Both the position numbers and the translations under genes were made by a program. A model generated the notes under the pieces. The model had not been told where the DNA came from, made no database searches, and saw only the letters and a program-made list of their open reading frames with translations. DNA of 64,000 nt from a virus: the IMG/VR virus record IMGVR_UViG_3300025405_000009, positions 134,848-198,847 of that record; one strand, 5' to 3'. Numbering within the stretch: the stretch's first letter is position 1; each line of letters begins with the position of its first letter. Shown here piece after piece: positions 35,892 through 46,900 of the stretch.

Positions 35892-36038
35892 ATGCCTAAG
35901 ACTAAAGTTATTACCGGTAGTAAGCGTCGGTATGAGACTGCAGCTTTTCTTCGTCGTCAGCTTAATGCAGGTCTTCCTAAGAGCTGTAAAACAAAGTATC
36001 GAGCTCAGCGTTCGGATGCTGGTAAGAAGCGAAAATAA
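35892..36038 (+). CDS. Small very basic protein (48 aa)
   Basis: Manual translation ending RAQRSDAGKKRK; stop overlaps next ATG. Confidence 0.6.
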   Translation: MPKTKVITGSKRRYETAAFLRRQLNAGLPKSCKTKYRAQRSDAGKKRK

Positions 36039-36271
36039 TGTCATACGTAATTGAACGATGGTCGGGTAAGGCTTGGTATGCTTCAATGTGTTCTCCTTAT
36101 AAGACAATGGGAGAGGTTAATAAATACCTTAAAGAGTATTGGTGGCATTATACTAATGAATATCCTTATCGTATTAAAGATTACAAACCTAAAAAGAAAG
36201 TTCAAACATATTCACCAAAATACAATTTTCAAGACTGGAATTCCGATAAAGGAATGATGGTAAAGTTATAA
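36038..36271 (+). CDS. Hypothetical protein
   Basis: ORF track. Confidence 0.65.
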   Translation: MSYVIERWSGKAWYASMCSPYKTMGEVNKYLKEYWWHYTNEYPYRIKDYKPKKKVQTYSPKYNFQDWNSDKGMMVKL

Positions 36272-36272
36272 T

Positions 36273-36545
36273 ATGGCAACTATAAGAATACCAGTACCTT
36301 TAAGAAAACTCGTTGGAGGTAGTGAAGAGATTAACACATTTGGTACAGATATTGATGAATGCTTAAAACTTCTTTGTTTATCATATCCTGAGATAAAAGA
36401 AAGAATTTTTGATGCTGATGGTATTGTGCGTAGATTTATTAATATCTATAAGAATGATGAAGATGTTCGTTTTCTCCAACAAGGAAAAACAATTATTCAG
36501 GAGAATGATATTATTTCTATAGTACCAGCAATTGCTGGAGGTTAA
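36273..36545 (+). CDS. MoaD/ThiS/CysO-family ubiquitin-like sulfur carrier
   Basis: IRIP.PLRKL.GG, FINIY.NDED.RFL, C-terminal IVPAIAGG. Confidence 0.88.
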   Translation: MATIRIPVPLRKLVGGSEEINTFGTDIDECLKLLCLSYPEIKERIFDADGIVRRFINIYKNDEDVRFLQQGKTIIQENDIISIVPAIAGG

Positions 36546-36589
36546 TAATACCATACTGGAGACTATAGCCATAAATATGGTTATAGTAT

Positions 36590-38155
36590 ATGTCTAATCT
36601 AAGGATTACAGATCTTCCAGTAGTAAAAACCCTATCAGCAACTGACGTACTTGCTGTTGTTAATTCATTTAATTTTAATAATGTACCAACAACAGCTCAG
36701 ATTACTGTATCTGGATTAGCTATAGCTGTTGGTAATGTAATTGGAACATCACAAACTACGTTAAGTAGTATTGCCGGTAGTATTGTTAATTGGAATAATA
36801 CCTACAATACTGTTACGGCAAATTCAGCTAATTGGAGTAGTGTTTATACAACTGTATGCGCATATAGTGCTATTTGGAGCGGTATAACAAATTTTGTTAA
36901 TTTAACTGCTAATTGGAATAATAGCTATACTACATTAACCTCATATAGTGCTACCTGGGTCAATACAACAAGTATTGTAAACAATAATAGCGCCAATTGG
37001 AATAATAGCTATACTACACTTTCCAGTAATTCAGCCTTTTGGACAAGTACATATAATACAGTATGTGCAAATTCCGGAGCGTGGAGTTCAGCGGTAACCT
37101 TTGGACTTGCAAATGCCCTTACTGCTCAATGGACAAATACTTCTAATACTGTTTCAGCTAATTCTGCTAGTTGGAGTAGTGCTTATACAACTGTATGTGC
37201 GTATAGTGCTCTATGGACAGCTGGAGGTAATACAGCCGGGGTTTATACAACGGTAAATGCTAATTCTGCTTCATGGGGTGTTGGTGGTAAGATGCCCTAT
37301 CAAATTAATGTTAGTACTAATATTGGTTTGTATGCAAGTGGTAATACTGTTGTCGCTAATACCCCTCTCTCGGCAATACTCCTAAACATACTTCAAACAG
37401 TAACTCACCCTACCTACACCCAACCCACTCTTACAATAAGTGAGAGCTTTACCTCAGCTTATGAAATTGGTACACAAATAACAAATCCTCAACTTACTCT
37501 TAATTGGGTTCAGAATGATGCGGGTACTGGAGTAGGGTATGCTTTCCTTTCAAGTGCCGATAGTATAAATTATACAAGTATATACTCCCAACAATTTAGC
37601 TTACCTTCTACTCTTAATACCTCACAAACGTTTCCATCTTATTATTTGACGAGTACAGTATATTATGAAGCTTCATCTTATTATCCTACAGGTATAGCAA
37701 AAACTAACAATCTCGGTCAAACAGATACTGTTGGACAGATATCAGCTAATTCAATTACAAGCACATTTACCCTTTCTCCTTGGTACTCTATCTATGTTAC
37801 ATATGATAACATACACTCTACACCTGCTACCTCTTCAGATATAAGATCGGTGTTTACAAATACATATCAAAGTAATCAATACAATCCTAACTCTACTATT
37901 ACATTAAATCAAAACGGTACGTTTACTCGTATTGCTTTTGCATACCCTGCTTCTATATACGGTAATACCAATTCAATTGCTGTATATGATAATAACCTTG
38001 GACATTATATAACACCTAGCTTTACTTCAGGTAGTGCTTTAATATCTATACCCGGACAAAACAATTTAGGTTCTACTCCTTATTATGTATGGACATTCTT
38101 ATTACCTAATAATGCATCATATACTAATCCTAATTTAACTATTACTATACCTTAA
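36590..38155 (+). CDS. Fibre-like structural protein with 14-residue W-x3-Y stalk repeats
   Basis: MSNLRITDL N-domain shared with 48419; NSANWNNSYTTL repeats. Confidence 0.7.
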   Translation: MSNLRITDLPVVKTLSATDVLAVVNSFNFNNVPTTAQITVSGLAIAVGNVIGTSQTTLSSIAGSIVNWNNTYNTVTANSANWSSVYTTVCAYSAIWSGITNFVNLTANWNNSYTTLTSYSATWVNTTSIVNNNSANWNNSYTTLSSNSAFWTSTYNTVCANSGAWSSAVTFGLANALTAQWTNTSNTVSANSASWSSAYTTVCAYSALWTAGGNTAGVYTTVNANSASWGVGGKMPYQINVSTNIGLYASGNTVVANTPLSAILLNILQTVTHPTYTQPTLTISESFTSAYEIGTQITNPQLTLNWVQNDAGTGVGYAFLSSADSINYTSIYSQQFSLPSTLNTSQTFPSYYLTSTVYYEASSYYPTGIAKTNNLGQTDTVGQISANSITSTFTLSPWYSIYVTYDNIHSTPATSSDIRSVFTNTYQSNQYNPNSTITLNQNGTFTRIAFAYPASIYGNTNSIAVYDNNLGHYITPSFTSGSALISIPGQNNLGSTPYYVWTFLLPNNASYTNPNLTITIP

Positions 38156-38156
38156 T

Positions 38157-39014
38157 ATGTCATATTACACATATACATTACCATATGGATTTCAAAGAGT
38201 CTCTTCTGGACCTCTTGACTCTACTTCTGTATATAGTAGTTTAACAGCGTTAACCTCATATGCAGCAACTAATGGAACTGCCTACCCCGGTCAAATTTTA
38301 GCTTTAAGCGGATTACCAACAACAATTTATACTGTTAATAGTGACTTGACTGTTACAGCTATCTCCGGAGGTAGTGTATCAGGCGGTGGAAGTCAGACTT
38401 TGAGTTTTGTTGATACTACATCTGCTTATAATCTTACGCTCTCAAATGGTAATACAGTTTCACTTTCAGCTTTAGGTTATCAAAATCTTTCAGCATCAAA
38501 TACATATCTAACAATTCAAAGTTATGTTAATAATTACATAGCACCGAATAATATTCAGATTCCTAAAGGATATACAGTTTCCCTTTATAATAATCGAATG
38601 TATATATTTGCTGGAACTAATCCATCAGATCCTAATCAATATTTACAGGTCAATCTCAATCCGCATTTACCGATCTATGTAGCTATTCCGTTATCAGGAA
38701 GTGGAGGTACAATAATTGATACGTTCTCATTCAATAGCTTTAAAACTGCAAAATATACTCTACAGGTTGAAGCAAGCTGGAGTCAAGATGTTTATTACTC
38801 AGAAGTAAACTTATTAGCTACCCTAGCACCAAGTGTATATTGTAGTGAATACGGGCAGATTGCGTCAGCGAATTTGATTAATGGCTATACAGCTGACGTT
38901 GATAACCAAGCGACACCTACTGTTGTTAATTTAAGTGCTGTATATACTCCAATACCAGGATCTAATAAAGTAATTTATATAAAAGGTTTAAGAACAAATC
39001 ATTTCCTTATATAA
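38157..39014 (+). CDS. Structural protein
   Basis: LTLSNGNTVSLSAL motif shared with 19101; C-terminal TAKYTLQV...YYSEYG domain. Confidence 0.6.
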   Translation: MSYYTYTLPYGFQRVSSGPLDSTSVYSSLTALTSYAATNGTAYPGQILALSGLPTTIYTVNSDLTVTAISGGSVSGGGSQTLSFVDTTSAYNLTLSNGNTVSLSALGYQNLSASNTYLTIQSYVNNYIAPNNIQIPKGYTVSLYNNRMYIFAGTNPSDPNQYLQVNLNPHLPIYVAIPLSGSGGTIIDTFSFNSFKTAKYTLQVEASWSQDVYYSEVNLLATLAPSVYCSEYGQIASANLINGYTADVDNQATPTVVNLSAVYTPIPGSNKVIYIKGLRTNHFLI

Positions 39015-39048
39015 ACGATACCTATAGCTATAAATATACGTATAGAAT

Positions 39049-42000
39049 ATGGCAATTAATAATACATGCTTTACAATTAAAGGCAGTTCTAATACTACAG
39101 GACAAATTTTATCAGGTGGAGTTGATTTAGCTACATTATTTGCTTTATCTGCTAATTCAACATATTGTTATGCAGGTACACCAACAAATAATAGTATTTT
39201 ACCTATCTATGGGTCTAATACAATAAATTCTAATACAACTTGTGCTAGTATAGCTGGTGGTACTAGTAATATTATTGGTCCTAACGGAAATGGTGCTTTT
39301 ATTGGTGGTGGTACTCTTAATAATGTAATTAGTGGATGTGCAGTTGTAGCTGGAGGTTGTAAGAATTGTGCTAATGGAGTACTTGCATTTGTCGGTGCTG
39401 GTTATAATAACTGTGCATTAAGTCAAAATACTGTTAATGTTGGTGGTAATACAAATAGTGTGTACGGTACTGCCGCATTTAACGGTGGCGGTCAAAGCAA
39501 TGTTGTTAACGGTAATTGGTCTGTAAATGTTGGTGGTTATAATAATACATTATCAGCTGCAGCATGTTCATTTATTGGTGGTGGTCAAAATAATTGTATT
39601 CAAAATGCCTTAAATAGTGCAATTCTCGGTGGATGTAAAAATTATACATGTGCTAATAATACTTTTATTCTTGGAACTAACTTAAGTGCATCTGTAGTTA
39701 ATTACACATACGTTAACAATCTTAGTACACAAAGCGGTAATGGAACAATTTGTGGTACTTTTTATGGTGATGGTTCAAATATCACAAATTTACCTGCAGC
39801 AATTTATCAACAAGGTCCAGGTGCATCTTCAATTCAACCTTTATCAGGTAGTAACACTGCTTCAGGATCTGGTTCTAATATTGGAGGTGGTGGTAGTAAC
39901 TGTTTATGTGCAAATGCTTGTTATAGTCATATAGGAGGCGGTTTATCTAATACTAATGATAGTTGCCTTGGTGTTATTGGTGGTGGCTCTAATAACTGTA
40001 TATTAGTATCATATAGTTCTATTATTGGTGGTGGTAGTGGTAATAAGATTGGAAGTGGATTTTATAGTGCTATTGTTGGTGGTTCTCAAAATTATACTGG
40101 CGGTCAAGGTAATTTTATCGGTGGTGGTGCTAGTAATTGTAATTGCGGCGTTGGAGGTTGTAACGTCATTGTTGGTGGTGCTAGTAATTGTATTTATAAT
40201 ACAGTTTCACAAAGTGTAATTGTTGGTGGTAATAGTAATTCTCTTTCAGCAGGTAATGGTTATTATAACTTTATCGGCAGTGGAACTACTAACTGTATTA
40301 TTTGTAATACAAGTAATACATCAATTATCGGTGGCAGACAAAATACAGCATCTGCTTGTTATTCTGTAATTCTTAATGGTTATAATAACATTAACTGTAC
40401 AACTGGTCAATACAATATTATTGGCGGTTGTAATAATAATGATCAAGGTTATAGTTGTGTTGTTATTCTTGGTAATGGTCTTAATGCATCAAAAAGTAAT
40501 TTTACATATGTAAACAACCTTAGTACACCAGGTAGTATCTTAACTCAGACTCTTACTGCTGGTAGTACGCTTACAACTGTTCCAGCTAACTTACCTTTTA
40601 ATTTTGCTCCTATTACAAACGTAGCTGCAGCTTCTGGCTCTGTATTTTATTCAGTAACAAATTTAGCAGCTGGATTGAGTTCAAGTTCTGATCTCGCAGC
40701 TTATAATGATCAGGGTAATTATATTGACTTAGGTATTAATAGTTCAAAGTATAATGGTAATTTATACACTCCTAAGTTTAATATTGTTGGACCACAGGAT
40801 TCATATTTTTATAATACATCAGCTAACTTAGCAATTGGAACTTCAACCGCTGGTGATGTATTATTCTTTACTGGTGGTACACTTTCAGGAACCGCAGCTG
40901 TAGGCAGTGGTAATGAAAGACTACGTATTAACTCAGGTGGTTGTACGATTGTTCAAAATATTAGTGCTATTTGTGGTACTATTGATAATACAATAATAGG
41001 AAATACTATACCTGCTGCAGGTTGTTTTACAAATTTATCAGGCGGTACGATATGTGCTACAACAGGTTTTTATGGTAATGGTGCTAACATAACCAATATA
41101 ACTGCAGCAAACGGTTGGTGCTATTATCAATGTTGTTTAAATAGTAATTTAACCTATAATTTAATTGGTGGTGGTAATAATGGTATTTGTAGTGTTCGTA
41201 ATGGTCAAGGTGGTCCGTTTGCTGATTATAATAGATGCAATACTATTATAAATGGTAGTAATAACAATATAAATTCAGCTTCAAACTATATTTGTTATAA
41301 CTTTATTGCTGGTGGTCAAAATAACTATACAGGTCAATGTAATACATTTATTCTTGGTAGTGGATTGAGTGCAACTCAGAATAATTATACATACGTTAAT
41401 AATATTAGTTCACAAGGTGCCGTTTGTGGTGCATCAGTTTGTGGTTCAACATCTGTTTGTGGTGGTGCATTATGTTCTACAGGTAATATAAACGCCTCCT
41501 CTTGTATTGTAGCAAGTAATTGTGTACAGGGTGGTACCTTAATTTCAACCGGTAATATTACTACAACTTCAGGTAACATTTGTACCTCTTCAGGTAACAT
41601 TTGTACATCTTCAGGTAATATTAATACTATAACTGGTACTGTTAGTGGTGCATCAGTTTGTTCTAATTTAGTATGTTCAACAAATAATATATACACTACT
41701 AATTGTATACAAGGTAGTACAGTATGTGGTACATCGGCAATTTGTGGTGGTGCTGGTTATTTCTCTACAGTTAATACAACAGGTAATGTCGCAATTGGTG
41801 GTAGTTTAACTGTAGCTGGTTCTTCATATCAAACAAATGCTCAATCATTAATCGTAGGTGATCCAATCATCTATATGGGTCTTGATAATACAACCGATCT
41901 TTATGATATCGGTGTAATGGGTTTCTATAATGCTCTGTCGGCATTAAGCGCTTCAGGATTACCTTATGGTGGTCTTGCTTCTGGTCTTCTACGATCACGT

Positions 42001-42633
42001 AGTTTATCGGGTCAAGGTATCAATAATGGCGATGTATGGACACTCTTTAATGCTCTATCAGTAACAGCGAGTGTTCTTTCAGCAGTTAACGTTCCTATAT
42101 CAAATGCAACAATCAGTACACTTGTTGCAAATACTAGTGGTATTGTATATGGCAATACAGGTAGTAAATTTAACGGTACAACCACGTTTAATACTGCAAC
42201 TGTAACCGGTAATCTTAGTTCTGGTAATACATGGATTAGTGGAACTTCACCAGTTCAAACACTTGTCAATACAGGTGCAAGTCCTAGTACATACGTACAG
42301 AATCAATTATTTACAATAACAGCAGCAGGTGGTTCTTATATTACATTACCAACATTTAGTTTAGCCGGGTTAGGTGCACCGGGTACAATAAAGTTTCTTA
42401 CACGAGGCAAACAAGCATCTACAAATTATACAATTGCTTTTGAAATGCTTGCTCACTATGATGATGCTAGTACAAATTGGAACTATACGGTTACAAATTT
42501 TGTTGATCCTAATAACCAATTAAACGTTGTATCCCTTTCGGCAGGTTCCGCTATTGATTTATATTTAAATTTTAGTAATTCTAATTCAAATAACTGGACT
42601 ATTAATAGTTACGGAACAGCAATTAGTGATTAA
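39049..42633 (+). CDS. Cys-rich fibre/adhesin-like protein
   Basis: GG-x2-N beta-rolls, three NYTYVNN necks, one YNGNLY module, 21-bp tandem repeat at 41567-41622 (TSSGNIC). Confidence 0.75.
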   Translation: MAINNTCFTIKGSSNTTGQILSGGVDLATLFALSANSTYCYAGTPTNNSILPIYGSNTINSNTTCASIAGGTSNIIGPNGNGAFIGGGTLNNVISGCAVVAGGCKNCANGVLAFVGAGYNNCALSQNTVNVGGNTNSVYGTAAFNGGGQSNVVNGNWSVNVGGYNNTLSAAACSFIGGGQNNCIQNALNSAILGGCKNYTCANNTFILGTNLSASVVNYTYVNNLSTQSGNGTICGTFYGDGSNITNLPAAIYQQGPGASSIQPLSGSNTASGSGSNIGGGGSNCLCANACYSHIGGGLSNTNDSCLGVIGGGSNNCILVSYSSIIGGGSGNKIGSGFYSAIVGGSQNYTGGQGNFIGGGASNCNCGVGGCNVIVGGASNCIYNTVSQSVIVGGNSNSLSAGNGYYNFIGSGTTNCIICNTSNTSIIGGRQNTASACYSVILNGYNNINCTTGQYNIIGGCNNNDQGYSCVVILGNGLNASKSNFTYVNNLSTPGSILTQTLTAGSTLTTVPANLPFNFAPITNVAAASGSVFYSVTNLAAGLSSSSDLAAYNDQGNYIDLGINSSKYNGNLYTPKFNIVGPQDSYFYNTSANLAIGTSTAGDVLFFTGGTLSGTAAVGSGNERLRINSGGCTIVQNISAICGTIDNTIIGNTIPAAGCFTNLSGGTICATTGFYGNGANITNITAANGWCYYQCCLNSNLTYNLIGGGNNGICSVRNGQGGPFADYNRCNTIINGSNNNINSASNYICYNFIAGGQNNYTGQCNTFILGSGLSATQNNYTYVNNISSQGAVCGASVCGSTSVCGGALCSTGNINASSCIVASNCVQGGTLISTGNITTTSGNICTSSGNICTSSGNINTITGTVSGASVCSNLVCSTNNIYTTNCIQGSTVCGTSAICGGAGYFSTVNTTGNVAIGGSLTVAGSSYQTNAQSLIVGDPIIYMGLDNTTDLYDIGVMGFYNALSALSASGLPYGGLASGLLRSRSLSGQGINNGDVWTLFNALSVTASVLSAVNVPISNATISTLVANTSGIVYGNTGSKFNGTTTFNTATVTGNLSSGNTWISGTSPVQTLVNTGASPSTYVQNQLFTITAAGGSYITLPTFSLAGLGAPGTIKFLTRGKQASTNYTIAFEMLAHYDDASTNWNYTVTNFVDPNNQLNVVSLSAGSAIDLYLNFSNSNSNNWTINSYGTAISD

Positions 42634-42676
42634 TTTTTAGATAGATAAATTTAATGCAACAGTTAAATATGTGTAG

Positions 42677-43012
42677 ATGAGTATTATACCTACACCATTT
42701 AAAGTTACTACAAGTGCCGTTGTTTCAGGTAACTTAACGGTATATGGCACGATATCTGCTTCGACAGCTGTTTATGCAAATGGTGTATTATTAGGAAGTG
42801 GTAGTAGTACAGGGGGATTATATCTGCCATTAAGTGGCGGTCAATTGACCGGTCCGGTAACTTCATTATCATCTCTATCTGCTCAAGGTACACTTACTGG
42901 TCTTAATATTGCTACAAATAATCAAATACAATTTTTGACTGGAGGCAATTTTGTTAAAGCTTATCAATTTTATAATTCTACAACAAACAGTATAGATACT
43001 GTTTTTAACTAA
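42677..43012 (+). CDS. Short structural protein
   Basis: TISASTAVYANGVLLGSG segment shared with 43934; YLPLSGG. Confidence 0.6.
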   Translation: MSIIPTPFKVTTSAVVSGNLTVYGTISASTAVYANGVLLGSGSSTGGLYLPLSGGQLTGPVTSLSSLSAQGTLTGLNIATNNQIQFLTGGNFVKAYQFYNSTTNSIDTVFN

Positions 43013-43013
43013 A

Positions 43014-43907
43014 ATGGCAACAACAGTCGCAAGATTATCATCTAACGGTGTATATTTTACTAATACATATTTTGATGAAATAGCGTATACGAATAATAAA
43101 ATCTCTACTACAGCTATGTATAGTGGAGGGTTTGATGAGGTTGCTATTAAAGGAGGTAGTGTAGCTAAAAGAGAAACATCCGATGGCCGGGTTCTTGTAT
43201 CTGGATACTTTGATGAAATAACTGGTATAGCTAACGTAATAACAAGTGGTTTAATACTCTTTTTAGATGCCGGTAATCCTGCTAGCTATCCAGGTGCAGG
43301 TAGTACATGGACGGATTTATCTATTTATGGAAATAGCGCTACTCTGGTTAATAGTCCGACTTTCAGTACAACTAATGGAGGTATTATAAATCTTAACGGT
43401 AGTAACCAATATACAGTATCAAATAATCTTGTTTCGCAATTAGGTGCATCATCATCAATATCTGAATTTATATGGGTACGTCCAACGGCTCAAGGTCAAA
43501 TTGTTGTAGAGCTTGGATCAACAACACCTAGCAGTGGATGGCATGATTCGAATATAGAAATTAATTCATCAGGAGCTATAAGCATGTCTATATGGCAAGG
43601 AAGTTTAAATAATAGAGTTACAACATCAAACTTATCATTTAATAACTGGTATTATGTTGGATTTACTTATGATGGAGCTACACTGACTGGTTACTTAAAC
43701 GGTACTGCTATCGGAACAACAACATTCAGTAGACAGGTTAATGGATCTAACTACTATTATGCTATTGGACCTGCTGATAGCACAAATATGGGAACAAATG
43801 CTTACTTAACAGGCTCTGTCGCTGTATTTCAAATGTATAATAGAGCTATACAGGCAGGTGAAGTTTCACAAAATTTTAATGCTCAAAGAAACAGATTTGG
43901 TATTTAA
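43014..43907 (+). CDS. LamG/ConA-like domain protein
   Basis: LILFLDAGN..SYPG.G.TWTDLS; WYYVGFTYDG..LTGYLNG; YNRA....EV.QNF. Confidence 0.8.
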   Translation: MATTVARLSSNGVYFTNTYFDEIAYTNNKISTTAMYSGGFDEVAIKGGSVAKRETSDGRVLVSGYFDEITGIANVITSGLILFLDAGNPASYPGAGSTWTDLSIYGNSATLVNSPTFSTTNGGIINLNGSNQYTVSNNLVSQLGASSSISEFIWVRPTAQGQIVVELGSTTPSSGWHDSNIEINSSGAISMSIWQGSLNNRVTTSNLSFNNWYYVGFTYDGATLTGYLNGTAIGTTTFSRQVNGSNYYYAIGPADSTNMGTNAYLTGSVAVFQMYNRAIQAGEVSQNFNAQRNRFGI

Positions 43908-43933
43908 AGAATATTAGATAAATATAAAAGACC

Positions 43934-46900
43934 ATGGCAAAATTATTAGGAGGAACGACAGTTTATGGATTACTAAGTACTACCGGTACTGTGTATGCCT
44001 CTGCTGCACAAATAGGCTCTACCACACCTATTGCCGCTCTTAATATATCGCCCTTAACAATTACAGCAGCAGCTTCTGGCTCTGTATTCAATCAAATACA
44101 AAATACGGTTGCCGGGGTGAGCGCGAGTACTGACGTAGCTCTTTATAATGATTTATTAACAAACTATGTAGACATAGGTATTAATAGTTCAAAATATAAT
44201 GGTAATATATATTTTCCAGCATTCAATATAATTGGACCAAATGATTCGTATTTCTTTGCTACAACTGGTAATATAAGTGTCGGTAATACAGGATCAACAG
44301 GAGATTTAATATTTCATACAGGTGGTTCATTAAGTGGTACATCTGGTAATAGTGGTAATGAAAGAATGCGTATTGTTAACGTTAATACTGCAACTAATGG
44401 TGGATTTGTTGGTATTAATACTTCAACACCTAACCAGCAATTAACTGTAGCTGGTACCATTTCAGCATCTACGGCTGTTTATGCAAATGGTGTATTATTA
44501 GGAAGTGGTGGTGGTACAATAGATACAGGAGTCAGAGCAATAACTGGTAATTGGCAAAATACCTATACAACAGTTAGCTCATTTAGTGCTAACTGGAATA
44601 ATTCTTATTCAACGTTAACTGCTAATTCAGCGTTTTGGTCTAATGTTTATACAACAGTATGTGCTTATAGTGCTAACTGGAGTAGTGCTTATACAAATTT
44701 GACCGCTAATTCAGCTACTTGGCAAAATACCTATACAACTGTTAGTTCTAATAGTGCTAATTGGCAAAACACTTATACAACATTATCAACTAATAGTGGT
44801 ACTTGGGTAACATATAGTAATTTAAATACAGGTTCATTTGTAAAATATACAGATATTAATACTGTATCTGGTACATGGAATAATGCTTATACAACGTTAA
44901 CTGCTAATTCAGCTTATTGGTCAAACGCTTATACAACAGTATGTGCTTATAGTGCAGGTTGGGGCTCTAGCGGTAGTACAGTAGATACAGGCGTAAGAGC
45001 GCTTACAGGTAATTGGCAAAATACCTACACAACAGTATCTGCTAATTCAGCTAAATGGTCATCTGCCTATACTCTTCTCAATACTTCAACAGCTACTACT
45101 TTTAGGGTTAATAATTTAAGTGCTGATGGTAATATATGTGCACCTTATTTTTATGGTGGTTATTTTAGTGGCGATGGTTCTGGATTAACAAATATACAAC
45201 CACAAGGTCCATATTATTGTAATGTTGTTAATCATAATATATGTACATTAGATAATAATTTTGCTACCGGTGGATATTCCGCTATATTAGGTGGTTGTAA
45301 TAATAATACATCTGCAGGTTGCTCTACTATTTTAGGTGGTACATTTAATAATGTTACTAGTGGATATTCTACAATTCTAGGTGGTAATCATAATACGATA
45401 TTATCAGGCGGTTATAATACAATTGTTAGTGGTTTGAGTAACGTAGTTTCAGGTCCTTATTCAAGTATTGTTAGTGGGTTGAGTAACGTAGTTTTAGGGC
45501 CCTATTCAAGCGTTATTAATGGTATATGCAACGCTATCTATACATCTAATAATACTAACAGTACTTATAATACTATTATTAATGGCTGTCAGAATAATAT
45601 TTGTGTAGTTGGTGACTCGACCGCTTATATTTCATTTGCTAAAATGGCAGGATTTAAAAATACAATTTTATTGAAAAATAATACTGTTAATCCGGTATTA
45701 CCGGTTAGAATTAATGATGCGAACATCGACGGTATTAATAATTGTGTCAAACAGTGCGGTGATTCTAGCTTTATTGATACTGTATCTATTAGAGGTTGTT
45801 CAAATTTTATAACGTTATCAGCATGTTGTGCTTCTTTGTATGATAGTCATATCATTGGTAGTGCTTATAGCGGTACAACAAATTCAGCGTATTATAGTAA
45901 CATTTGTGATTCAAATATTATTGGTAGTAATGGTAGTGGTATACACTTATTGACACCGTGCTCCAATATTCAAGATTCAAATATTATTGGAAGTCGAAGC
46001 AGCAATATTTGTCAAGGTTTAACAAATAGTGGTCAATATGGGTCAATTACCGGAACCAGTATTTTAGGAGGTTTTTTTAATACAGTTGTTACCGATGGTG
46101 GCGGTGCTGTAAACTTTACAGCGATAATTACAGGACAAGTTAATAATATTACTAATTCTGGATATAATTCAGTTGTAAATGCATCGACTGTAACCGGCTT
46201 TGGAAACAACATTACCATATCCGGGCAATATGCAAATGTTTCGCAGGTATATGCGACCGGTGCGTATAATTTATTAAAAACATGCTGCGATAGAACTAAT
46301 ATCTCTTACGCTACAATAAATGGTTGTAATAACTGTATTAACGCAATAAATTGTTGTGCCGCTATATGCTATAGCACCATTACAAATGGTAATAATAATA
46401 CTATTACTAATAGTGGTTATTATAACTATAATGGTAATAACTATACCTTTATTAATAATGGGTGTAACAATTTAATTTGTACGCAAACATATGGGTGTTT
46501 AGATAGTGTTGGTATAGCTAGTGGTTGTTTGAATAACATTACGGCGAGTGGTTATTGTCAAGTAAGTCATTTAGCACACTGCGGTCTTATTAAAAATGCT
46601 ACTATAGCTAATGGTAATAATAATAGGTTATTTTCATGTGGCTGTTGTGTTAACGCTACCCTTTCTGGTGCTTTTGTTACTGGTACAAATAACGCAATAT
46701 GTAATACTGCTAGTTGTTATTATGCTTCTAATATCTATGATGTTACTTTATTAGGCGGTCAATCCAATTGTATTTCATCTTTAGGTGGAGGCTCCGGTAC
46801 CGGGGTATCTCAAGTTTGTTATTCATCAATATTTGGTGGTACCAATAACTGTATCATTACAACTGCTGGAGCTCAAGTCTGTTATTCAGCCATTTTAGGT

